Of a DNA stretch of 36,478 nt, positions 7,845 to 14,994 are shown piece by piece. A program made the translations under genes and the position numbers. Under the pieces are notes generated by a model, which saw nothing but the letters and a program-made list of their open reading frames with translations, was not told where the DNA came from and did not search any database. Position 1 is the first letter of the stretch, and each line of letters starts with the position of its first letter. The stretch covers positions 1-36,478 of the forward strand of contig JAZKIJ010000025.1 of NCBI GenBank assembly GCA_040384905.1, written 5' to 3'. This DNA is from Patescibacteria group bacterium (GTDB taxonomy: Bacteria > Patescibacteriota > Minisyncoccia > Phycocordibacterales > UBA918).

Positions 7845-7885
7845 TTTGCCCGTTCCTTACAGGAACGGTCCACTCATTGGATACT
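7845..7885 (+). repeat. Intergenic element 'B', copy 2
   Basis: tttgcccgttccttacaggaacggtccactcattggatact contains the hairpin cgttcc-ttaca-ggaacg. Confidence 0.55.
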
Positions 7886-7925
7886 ATATTTCGCTTTACT
7901 CATAAATCATCACAATGAGTCTTGC

Positions 7926-7945
7926 AAAAGCGTCCCACGCTTTTT
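7926..7945 (+). terminator. Candidate metK terminator (weak)
   Basis: aaaagcg-tccca-cgctttt plus t, lying 165 nt after the metK stop. Confidence 0.35.
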
Positions 7946-8000
7946 CACTCGTATCTGAAGAGTTTACGTTAACTTTAGTTTCTAAAGTTATCTACAAAAT

Positions 8001-8032
8001 AAAAATGAACCCGCGCCTTTTGGTGCGGGTTC
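8001..8032 (-). terminator. Rho-independent terminator of the minus-strand ORF 8037-8342
   Basis: Stem gaacccgcgcc / ggtgcgggttc (8007-8032) with loop tttt. The minus strand continues with attttta, and the hairpin starts 5 nt after that gene's stop codon. Confidence 0.7.
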
Positions 8033-8036
8033 GTTG

Positions 8037-8342
8037 CTATGGGTCTGCTGTATTTAAAAGCGGACGCATGTCTTTGTTCATGCTCCCAAACCCTTGTTCG
8101 GGATCAATCAGCATTGCGTGAAGTATTTCTTGTTGCTCCCGAAATGATTCGGTGAGCTCCCGAAGCGAATCGGCTTGCAGTTGAGGCAGGCTACGCCGAC
8201 CGTTTTCTTCCTTGGTTCGACGCAAAAAAATCTTGGCGTACATGAGCGACACCGTCTGAGTTTTGCCGTAGGTGCCGTGGTGAATCAGGGCTTTGGTGAA
8301 TGCAGTAAGTAGCGGATTGGTCTGGTCAGAATTGAGAGTCAT
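8037..8342 (-). CDS. Hypothetical protein (101 aa, helical, charged)
   Basis: Stand-alone ORF with its own terminator. I recognise no family. Confidence 0.5.
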   Translation of the reverse strand: MTLNSDQTNPLLTAFTKALIHHGTYGKTQTVSLMYAKIFLRRTKEENGRRSLPQLQADSLRELTESFREQQEILHAMLIDPEQGFGSMNKDMRPLLNTADP

Positions 8343-8419
8343 GAATGAGCTCCTGTTTTTTCTGCAGTCATACTACTGTAGATTAGTATTAGTCGCACTC
8401 TATACTTTTTTAAAAATTG

Positions 8420-8428
8420 TGGTAAAGT
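8420..8428 (+). promoter_or_regulatory. Extended -10 TGgTAAAGT, 6 nt upstream of the rsmI ATG
   Basis: tg-g-taaagt-aattta-ATG(8435), with no SD sequence. Confidence 0.4.
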
Positions 8429-8434
8429 AATTTA

Positions 8435-9112
8435 ATGCAAAAAACGGGAACACTCTATATTGTCGCGACGCCGATTGGAAACATGGAGGATATTACTCTG
8501 CGCGCGTTGCGCATTTTTCGTGAGGTGGCGTATGTATTGTGTGAAGATACTCGCACAACGGGCAACCTGACGAAACACCATGGTATCAAGGCTAAATTAA
8601 AACGATACGACGCGCACGCAAGCGAAGCCGTGCACGCAGCTATTATCGCTGATTTAGAAGCGGGGCAGAGTGTGGCCTTAGTTTCCGATGCAGGAACGCC
8701 AGGAGTGTCTGACCCGGGGGTGATGTTGGTGCGGATGGCTCGGGCAGCGGGGATTCGGATTGATGCTATTCCCGGAGCATCTTCTATTACTGCTGCCATT
8801 TCTATCGCTGGAGTATCAGGGAATCAATTTAGTTTCCTGGGTTTTGTGCCGAGTAAAAAGGGTCGGGAGACCTTCTTTGCTGATTTAGAATTGTATGATC
8901 ACCCGGTTGTATTTTTGGAGGCGACTCACAGGATTGTAAAAGCCCTGCAAACATTAGTAACGTTGTACCCAACGAGTACCGTCTATATGGGCCGAGAGCT
9001 GACTAAGATGCATGAAGAGATGCTGGTGGGAACGCCGGTTGAGGTTTTGGATATTTTGGAGAAGTTTACTGTTAAACAGAAGGGAGAATTTGTTCTGATT
9101 TTGAGTTTGTAG
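8435..9112 (+). CDS. rsmI: 16S rRNA (cytidine1402-2'-O)-methyltransferase RsmI
   Basis: 225 aa with the tetrapyrrole-methylase-fold signature GTLYIVATPIGNMEDITLRAL, plus LCEDTR, SDAGTPGVSDPG and a C-terminal GEFVLIL. Confidence 0.85.
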   Translation: MQKTGTLYIVATPIGNMEDITLRALRIFREVAYVLCEDTRTTGNLTKHHGIKAKLKRYDAHASEAVHAAIIADLEAGQSVALVSDAGTPGVSDPGVMLVRMARAAGIRIDAIPGASSITAAISIAGVSGNQFSFLGFVPSKKGRETFFADLELYDHPVVFLEATHRIVKALQTLVTLYPTSTVYMGRELTKMHEEMLVGTPVEVLDILEKFTVKQKGEFVLILSL

Positions 9113-9284
9113 TAGGGGGTCCAGTGATTTATTTGAGCGAGGATATGTGTAAATAAAGTTAGTTAAGAATTTATTTGCTTCAATAGATGATATCTCAACG
9201 ATTACAGGTTCCAGGAGTTTGCTCTAGGCTACGAAGTGACTAAATGTCACTTCGTAGAACCATTTGAGATAGTTGAGGAACGAA

Positions 9285-9326
9285 ACTATCCAAATGGTCT
9301 ACTGTTCCTGTAAGGAAAGGGACAAA
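9285..9326 (-). repeat. Intergenic element 'B', copy 3 (inverted)
   Basis: The reverse complement, tttgtccctttccttacaggaacagtagaccatttggatagt, aligns to 7845-7885 at roughly 80 percent identity by eye. Confidence 0.55.
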
Positions 9327-9417
9327 CTCGGAACAAAGGTTTGCTTCGGTAATATGAATTTAATCTTAGAGCGAACGTTCTACTGATTCTGCCTAGGAAG
9401 GGCAGAATCAAGAACAA

Positions 9418-9457
9418 AGCAAAATCATACAACCTTGCGGTTGTTGTTTTGCTTTTT
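9418..9457 (+). terminator. Rho-independent terminator
   Basis: agcaaaa..acaacc-ttgc-ggttgt..ttttgct, followed by ttttt. Confidence 0.7.
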
Positions 9458-9521
9458 TGACTTTATAACAAAAGAATAGGGTGGTTTAGGTAATTATTTT
9501 GTGACCATAGGAGGGATGGGG

Positions 9522-9527
9522 TATACT
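9522..9527 (+). promoter_or_regulatory. -10 hexamer TATACT, 7 nt upstream of ATG 9535
   Basis: tatact-gtccgga-ATG, with no SD sequence. Confidence 0.4.
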
Positions 9528-9534
9528 GTCCGGA

Positions 9535-9777
9535 ATGAGCAAAGGTACTCTGACATTTTTAGTAGGTATTCTGTTAGTGGTTCTTCCATATCTCGGTATA
9601 CCGTCGGCTTGGAAACAGTATGCGTATGTGGGTATCGGTGTGGTTTTAATCTTGCTAGGCTACGCGTTGCGACGCGCCCAATACTTTAGAGAAATTGATC
9701 GCGGGAATGGGGAACGAGTTAGCGATACGTTTGTAGAGACTACTCAAAATCTTTTTGCGAATACTAAAACGGAATAA
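9535..9777 (+). CDS. Hypothetical small membrane protein (80 aa, two TM helices)
   Basis: Helices LTFLVGILLVVLPYLGI and YAYVGIGVVLILLGYAL, followed by a charged tail. Confidence 0.55.
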   Translation: MSKGTLTFLVGILLVVLPYLGIPSAWKQYAYVGIGVVLILLGYALRRAQYFREIDRGNGERVSDTFVETTQNLFANTKTE

Positions 9778-9852
9778 TTGAAACAGTACGCTTCGACCTG
9801 AAGCTTAAAGTGTTGTATAATAATTATCGACTGTTCATGAATGAGGTGAATA

Positions 9853-10005
9853 ATGTCTATTTCTCTTCAAAAACAAATGGAAACCATGCCGGACGGTGAT
9901 CTGTTAGAGGGGGTAGAAAAATTAGAAGCTCGGCTAGAGAAGGAGCGCGCGCTACCTGTAGACGAGTTTGTCTGGCTCACGTTTGCAAAAACCATCCTGG
10001 CGTAA
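9853..10005 (+). CDS. Hypothetical small protein (50 aa)
   Basis: Hand translation gives MSISLQKQMETMPDGDLLEGVEKLEARLEKERALPVDEFVWLTFAKTILA*. The SD-like gaggtga lies 4 nt upstream, a tgtataat -10 lies about 30 nt upstream, and a terminator follows at 10068-10096. Confidence 0.4.
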   Translation: MSISLQKQMETMPDGDLLEGVEKLEARLEKERALPVDEFVWLTFAKTILA

Positions 10006-10067
10006 CGTCGTTACGTCGGGGTGCACTGGGTTGATGGCACCCTGAGTTATCGGGTGTAGTACGGAAG

Positions 10068-10096
10068 GGGCAGGCACTATACATGCCTGTCCTTTT
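10068..10096 (+). terminator. Rho-independent terminator
   Basis: gggcaggca-ctataca-tgcctgtcc (one G:U pair), followed by tttt. Confidence 0.6.
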
Positions 10097-10152
10097 GAAA
10101 ATTATGAACTAACATTAATTCCCCAATGCTACTTTTATAAGTAGTACATGGT

Positions 10153-10158
10153 TATACT
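10153..10158 (+). promoter_or_regulatory. -10 hexamer TATACT, 6 nt upstream of ATG 10165
   Basis: tatact-ttttat-ATG, with no SD sequence. Confidence 0.4.
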
Positions 10159-10164
10159 TTTTAT

Positions 10165-11118
10165 ATGAAATTACTTGTTACCGGTGGAGCAGGATTTATT
10201 GGCAGTACGTTGGCGGCGCAACTAATAAAAGAAGGGCATGAGGTGGTCGTCATTGATAATTTTAATCAGTACTATGATGTTGAGCTCAAGCGAGCCCGCG
10301 TGGCTGCGTTGTTACCGCAGGTAACAGTAGAAGAAATTGATATTGCCGACATTGAAGCATTGCGGTCGTTGTGCACCAGGCACTCTTTTGATGTTGTCTG
10401 CCATCTCGCGGGACAAGCGGGAGTGCGTTACTCCATCGAAGCTCCAGCCTCGTATATTGAGGCTAATGTTTTGGGAACACAAACGTTATTTGAAGTGATG
10501 CGCGAAACAGGAATTAAACGGATGGTATTTGCCTCTACCTCTTCTGCCTACGGCACTACCACTCCCGCTCCTTTTAAAGAGACGGAAGCGGCAGACAAAC
10601 CGGTGTCGGTGTATGCTGCTACCAAACGAGCCGCCGAAATGATTGCTCACACCTACTACCATCAGTATCAGATAGAAACAACGTGCCTACGGTTTTTTAC
10701 CGTCTACGGACCGTGGAGTAGGCCGGATATGGCGATGCTAAAATTTGCCGACGCAATCATGAAGGGTGAGCCAATTGATGTTTATAATGAAGGAAAATTG
10801 CGCCGAGACTTTACGTATGTAGACGATATTGTGCGTGGTTTTATTGCCGCAGTGCATACGCCACTTGGGTACGAAATTATAAATCTGGGAAATGGGAAGC
10901 CGGTAGAACTCTTGAATTTTATTACGCAGTTAGAGGAAGTGTTAGGGAAGACCACTACCAAGCGAATGTTGCCGATGCAGCCAGGAGATGTGTTTGAAAC
11001 GTACGCTGACACCACCAAAGCCAAAGAATTGTTGGGCTTTACTGCGCAGACTGATTTTAAGACCGGAATTGCTAATTTTGCGCAGTGGTTTTTGGAGTAT
11101 CGAGCAGTGAAAGGCTAA
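10165..11118 (+). CDS. NAD-dependent nucleotide-sugar epimerase (extended SDR), UDP-glucuronate 4-epimerase-like
   Basis: 317 aa with VTGGAGFIGS, IDNFNQYYDVELKRARV (typical of the UDP-GlcA 4-epimerase subgroup) and the catalytic YAATK. Confidence 0.65.
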   Translation: MKLLVTGGAGFIGSTLAAQLIKEGHEVVVIDNFNQYYDVELKRARVAALLPQVTVEEIDIADIEALRSLCTRHSFDVVCHLAGQAGVRYSIEAPASYIEANVLGTQTLFEVMRETGIKRMVFASTSSAYGTTTPAPFKETEAADKPVSVYAATKRAAEMIAHTYYHQYQIETTCLRFFTVYGPWSRPDMAMLKFADAIMKGEPIDVYNEGKLRRDFTYVDDIVRGFIAAVHTPLGYEIINLGNGKPVELLNFITQLEEVLGKTTTKRMLPMQPGDVFETYADTTKAKELLGFTAQTDFKTGIANFAQWFLEYRAVKG

Positions 11119-11160
11119 AAGCACTGTACACAACAGGTCTTTTTTAGAATTTTTGTAGGG

Positions 11161-11166
11161 TACAAT
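11161..11166 (+). promoter_or_regulatory. -10 hexamer TACAAT, 6 nt upstream of ATG 11173
   Basis: tacaat-gtcggt-ATG, with no SD sequence. Confidence 0.4.
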
Positions 11167-11172
11167 GTCGGT

Positions 11173-12738
11173 ATGTACAACGAAGAGCCTGTCGCTCGGC
11201 GCTTTTATGCCGTGAGTTACAACGATGATGAACCAACCGTCTCTCTCGGCGCTTTTATTCCACCACGCAAAAAGAAACCTCAGGTAGAAACTGATGCCGT
11301 TTCGTTTACTCCCGCGATTGTAAAAATTAGTACCGAGGTCCCGAGTCCCTACGTTGTGTCGGTCAAAGTGGTGACGGTATTTTTATCGGTAGCGGTATTG
11401 CTCGCTGTTTCATATTTTTCAAAGCCGTTTATTACCGAAGCCGGTCGTCCGATTCTCGCCCAGTTATTTTCTGCGGTACCTGCGCAAGCTCCCGTGATTG
11501 TAGAAAATCCGTATACCCAAGCGCAAACTGCACTTAACTACGGTGTGCAGATGTCATTTAGTCAGCCAAACTTTTTTTCTGAAACGCGCGATGCCTTTAT
11601 TAATCAATCGAAAACCTTTATCGAGGCAGATTTAGCAACCATGGAGTTGCGGTATTTCAAGGAGGGAGTGCTCGAGTTACAAGTTCCTATTTTAGCTAAA
11701 GGCGCCAAAGGTTCATGGTTGGAAACTCCGGCGGGATTGTACGAAGTCAAATCAAAAAAACAAAAGCTCTATTCATCATTTGGACAAATGTATACCCCGT
11801 GGAGCATTACCTTCCAAGGCAACTTTATTATCCACGGTTGGCCGTACACCGAAAAGGGAGAGAAGGTCCCTGCAGATTTTCCGGGTGGCGGCATCAGGTT
11901 ATCCGATGAAGACGCTGAAAAAATTTATAATTTAGTAGCCTTAAAAATTCCGGTACTGGTGCACGAAGTGCCAGCGCAACCTGATGCCTTTTTATACGAA
12001 CCAAAAATTCCTGAACTTGATACCCCACATTATTTGATTGCCGACGTAGAAAGTAATACGGTCCTTGCTAGTAGTGATCTTGATAGCGTCGCGCCGATTG
12101 CGTCTTTGACTAAACTCATGACGGCTGTTGTTGCGTCTGAGTATATTAATCTCGATGCCCGCGTCGCGGTAGCCCAGCCAACGTTTGTACAGTCTCTTAT
12201 TCCGCGGTTGGGCGGATTGGGTACGGTGTCTATGTACAGTCTCCTGCAGTTACTCTTGGTTGAGTCATCTAACGAAGCGGCTGAAGTAATCGCGTCCCAA
12301 ACAGGCCGGGCTGAATTTGTGGCGCATATGAATGAGAAAGCTAAGTCAATTGGCTTAACTAATACTCATTTTGCAGACCCTTCAGGCTTAAGTGCTTATA
12401 ACACCTCCACTGTCCGAGATTTGCTAGGGTTAATTACGTATATTTATAATACCCGACAATTTATTGTTGAGTTAACTGCCAATCAAGATTTACCAACTGC
12501 CTACGTCAGTGGTGAATTTGGCACCTTAAGTAATTTTAATGAAGTAGAAGGACTCGAGAATTTTATCGGAGGAAAAGTGGGTGAAACCACTGCTGCCGGA
12601 CAAACGTCAGTGACACTCCATAAAATTAAAGTAAAAGGTGCCGAGCGAGTAATTGCAATTGTGCTCTTGGGTTCTGATAGTCGTAATGCGGACGTGACCG
12701 AATTAATCGGGTATGCTAATGCTCGTTTCGGTTCGTAA
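11173..12738 (+). CDS. Membrane-anchored fusion of a YkuD (L,D-transpeptidase)-like domain and an S11 D-alanyl-D-alanine carboxypeptidase
   Basis: There is one TM helix (VVTVFLSVAVLLAVSYF). The YkuD-like block runs TPAGLYEV...FIIHGWPY...GGGIRLS. The S11 motifs are SLTK (SxxK), SSN (SxN) and KVG (a KTG variant). Confidence 0.7.
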   Translation: MYNEEPVARRFYAVSYNDDEPTVSLGAFIPPRKKKPQVETDAVSFTPAIVKISTEVPSPYVVSVKVVTVFLSVAVLLAVSYFSKPFITEAGRPILAQLFSAVPAQAPVIVENPYTQAQTALNYGVQMSFSQPNFFSETRDAFINQSKTFIEADLATMELRYFKEGVLELQVPILAKGAKGSWLETPAGLYEVKSKKQKLYSSFGQMYTPWSITFQGNFIIHGWPYTEKGEKVPADFPGGGIRLSDEDAEKIYNLVALKIPVLVHEVPAQPDAFLYEPKIPELDTPHYLIADVESNTVLASSDLDSVAPIASLTKLMTAVVASEYINLDARVAVAQPTFVQSLIPRLGGLGTVSMYSLLQLLLVESSNEAAEVIASQTGRAEFVAHMNEKAKSIGLTNTHFADPSGLSAYNTSTVRDLLGLITYIYNTRQFIVELTANQDLPTAYVSGEFGTLSNFNEVEGLENFIGGKVGETTAAGQTSVTLHKIKVKGAERVIAIVLLGSDSRNADVTELIGYANARFGS

Positions 12739-12746
12739 CAGACATT

Positions 12747-12755
12747 TGCTATACT
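12747..12755 (+). promoter_or_regulatory. Extended -10 TGcTATACT, 6 nt upstream of ATG 12762
   Basis: tg-c-tatact-aactac-ATG, with no SD sequence. Confidence 0.45.
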
Positions 12756-12761
12756 AACTAC

Positions 12762-14942
12762 ATGAGTTTGGATCCTGAAAAAATTACTTTTTTTGCTAAA
12801 ACTGACGCCCGAGGGCGTGATGTATCATTTGGTATTAAAGCCAAGGATAGGCAACGACATATGTATGTCGTCGGGAAAACCGGTATGGGTAAATCTACCC
12901 TACTCGAAAACATGGCAGTGCAGGATATTCAAAATGGAGAAGGTATGGCCTTTATTGACCCACACGGTTCCGCGGCTGAAACTCTCCTTGATTATATTCC
13001 TGAACACCGGGTGAATGACGTTATATATTTTGCCCCGTTTGATTTGGAAAACCCTATTTCCTTTAACGTGATGGAAGATGTGGGTCCGGACAAACGGCAC
13101 TTAGTAGTGTCGGGCTTGATGTCGACGTTTAAGAAAATCTGGGTCGATGCCTGGAGTGCTCGTATGGAGTACATCCTCACTAACGCACTCTTGGTACTGA
13201 TTGAGTACCCAGATACTACCTTACTGTCTGTTAACCGAATTTTTAATGATAAAGCCTACCGTCTAAAAGTAGTTGATTACTGTACTGACCCAGCCGTAAA
13301 ATCATTTTGGGTGGATGAGTTTGCCAACTACACGGAACGGTTTGCGGCCGAGGCCTTACCGGCGATTCAAAATAAAATCGGACAATTTACCGGAAACCCA
13401 CTGATTCGAAATATTATCGGGCAGCCACATTCGAGTTTTGATTTTCGAAAGTGTATGGACGAAAAGAAGATTGTGATTATGAACCTCTCCAAGGGATTGG
13501 TAGGGGAGACAAATGCCAATCTATTGGGGTCTATGCTCACGACGCGTATTTATTTGGCGGCTATGAGTCGGGCTGATTTGCCGGTGGCCCAAATGAAGCA
13601 GATGCCTAACTTTTATTTTTATGTGGACGAGTTTCAGAGTTTTGCTAATGCAACGTTTGCGAACATTCTCTCGGAAGCGCGAAAGTACCACCTCAATTTA
13701 ATTATTGCCCACCAGTACATCGAACAGATGGAAGAGGAGGTACGCGATGCTGTGTTTGGAAACGTCGGAACGACTATCTCGTTTCGGGTAGGACCTTTTG
13801 ATGCTGAAGTGTTAGAGACAGTATTTACGCCCCGATTTTTGGCGGCTGATTTAGTGAACTTAGGGTTTGCTCAGATTTACTTGACCTTGATGATTGACGG
13901 AATTGGGTCTCAGCCATTTTCAGCGGTGACCTTGCCACCGATTGCTGTTCCTTCTGTGTCCTGCAAAGACATGGTAATTGCCGCTTCTCGCCGAAACTTC
14001 ACTAAACCTCGATTGGAGGTAGAAAAAATCGTGACAGATTTGCATACACCTGAAAAAATTGAAAAAAAAACAGTAAGCAACAACAGCAAGCCAAACACCT
14101 CCAAACCCCCGCAACACCAGTCGCCAGTGCGCACGCCAGTCCCGAGTCAGACGTCATCTCTGACCGTCGCGAGTCCCGTTAAGTCGGACGCAGTAGTAGT
14201 GGCTGAACCGCAAGTACCGAGTGTCGAGCATGTGAGTGTGCCGAGTGTGGTAGAAAAACCACCGGTTCCCGTTGCAACTGCTAAACCAGCGCCTGCTCCT
14301 GCTCCTAAACCTTTTGTAAAAAATCACAAAGAACAACCACACCGTACTGAGCGACCACGACCACCGCATAAAGAGGGTGCTCATTCGTCAAAGCAAGCAC
14401 ATACCCCAAAGCAAGCAAATATCCCTAAACCAGCGCCGTCACCACGGTCCGAAGACTTACGGGCTATCCTCGCTAAAATTGCCCAAACGGCTCATAGTGA
14501 TAAAACGGTACCTGCCGAAAATAAAACTAATCATCCACCTCGTACAGAACCCGCTACGTTTAAAAAAATTAATGAAACCATTAGTCCTCTAAAAGCAGCC
14601 TTAGCAGAATTAAAAAATACCGAAACCAGTAATCCAGACCGGGTATTGCCACCACGTCCATTCCCGTTGCCGCGATTTACTCCAGCGTCAGTCAGTGACC
14701 GTGAAGTGATGGAAAAACTTAATCGTGAAGCCGAGGCTACCTTTGCGAGTCTAGAGCAAACACACGCCACCCCTCCGCCTACAGCACCCAACCCTCCCGT
14801 ACCAGAGCCAAAACAAGTAGTGAGTGCGCCTGCTTTAGAGCAACCAAAGGCCCCAGAACTAACCAATCAGTCTGGTATTGATGCGAAACAACTCGCTAAA
14901 ATCCTCCGTAGTAACGCCCCTGAAAAATCACCCTTTCGGTAA
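12762..14942 (+). CDS. TraD/VirD4/TrwB-like P-loop ATPase (T4SS coupling-protein-type NTPase domain) with a long Pro-rich disordered C-terminal tail
   Basis: Walker A is VVGKTGMGKST at about aa 36-46 and Walker B is FYFYVDEF. LNLIIAHQYIEQM is typical of the family. There is no N-terminal TM helix. From about aa 430 to 726 the sequence is P/K/T/S/A-rich low complexity (PAPAPAPKP). Confidence 0.6.
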   Translation: MSLDPEKITFFAKTDARGRDVSFGIKAKDRQRHMYVVGKTGMGKSTLLENMAVQDIQNGEGMAFIDPHGSAAETLLDYIPEHRVNDVIYFAPFDLENPISFNVMEDVGPDKRHLVVSGLMSTFKKIWVDAWSARMEYILTNALLVLIEYPDTTLLSVNRIFNDKAYRLKVVDYCTDPAVKSFWVDEFANYTERFAAEALPAIQNKIGQFTGNPLIRNIIGQPHSSFDFRKCMDEKKIVIMNLSKGLVGETNANLLGSMLTTRIYLAAMSRADLPVAQMKQMPNFYFYVDEFQSFANATFANILSEARKYHLNLIIAHQYIEQMEEEVRDAVFGNVGTTISFRVGPFDAEVLETVFTPRFLAADLVNLGFAQIYLTLMIDGIGSQPFSAVTLPPIAVPSVSCKDMVIAASRRNFTKPRLEVEKIVTDLHTPEKIEKKTVSNNSKPNTSKPPQHQSPVRTPVPSQTSSLTVASPVKSDAVVVAEPQVPSVEHVSVPSVVEKPPVPVATAKPAPAPAPKPFVKNHKEQPHRTERPRPPHKEGAHSSKQAHTPKQANIPKPAPSPRSEDLRAILAKIAQTAHSDKTVPAENKTNHPPRTEPATFKKINETISPLKAALAELKNTETSNPDRVLPPRPFPLPRFTPASVSDREVMEKLNREAEATFASLEQTHATPPPTAPNPPVPEPKQVVSAPALEQPKAPELTNQSGIDAKQLAKILRSNAPEKSPFR

Positions 14943-14978
14943 TCCAAGTTAGCATCCGTAACGTTTTTCCGTAAAATT

Positions 14979-14987
14979 TGGTAGTAT
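14979..14987 (+). promoter_or_regulatory. Extended -10 TGgTAGTAT, 7 nt upstream of ATG 14995
   Basis: tg-g-tagtat-acagtac-ATG, with no SD sequence. Confidence 0.45.
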
Positions 14988-14994
14988 ACAGTAC

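Larger units (their letters stand above)
9121..9457 (+). ncRNA. Candidate structured non-coding RNA or long structured rsmI 3' UTR (unclassified)
   Basis: No ORF longer than about 18 codons is present. Hairpins occur in series: 9229-9257 (12-bp perfect stem), 9254-9302 (about 20 bp with two 1-nt bulges) and 9385-9409 (9-bp perfect stem). An intrinsic terminator closes the region at 9418-9457. Confidence 0.3.

Noticed and set aside
7709-8121. Two small plus-strand ORFs (7709-7918 and 7915-8121) downstream of metK
   Set aside because: They overlap the metK end, the repeated motifs A/B/C and two terminator hairpins. They have no start-site signals. The region is better explained as a structured non-coding 3' region.
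9229-9409. Possible CRISPR-like or tRNA-like features among the hairpins after rsmI
   Set aside because: The stems are all different sequences, with no repeated unit and no regular spacing. No cloverleaf or T-loop (GTTCGAATC-type) motif is present.
9501-9689. 62-aa ORF overlapping the small membrane protein gene 9535-9777
   Set aside because: It is in an alternative frame. The 80-aa frame has two clean TM helices and a TATACT element at the correct distance from its ATG.
14050-14942. The proline-rich tail of the TraD-like gene as a possible tandem DNA repeat or contingency locus
   Set aside because: I could find no nucleotide-level periodicity or exact repeat units beyond short PAPAPAP-type runs. 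It looks like ordinary low-complexity coding sequence.
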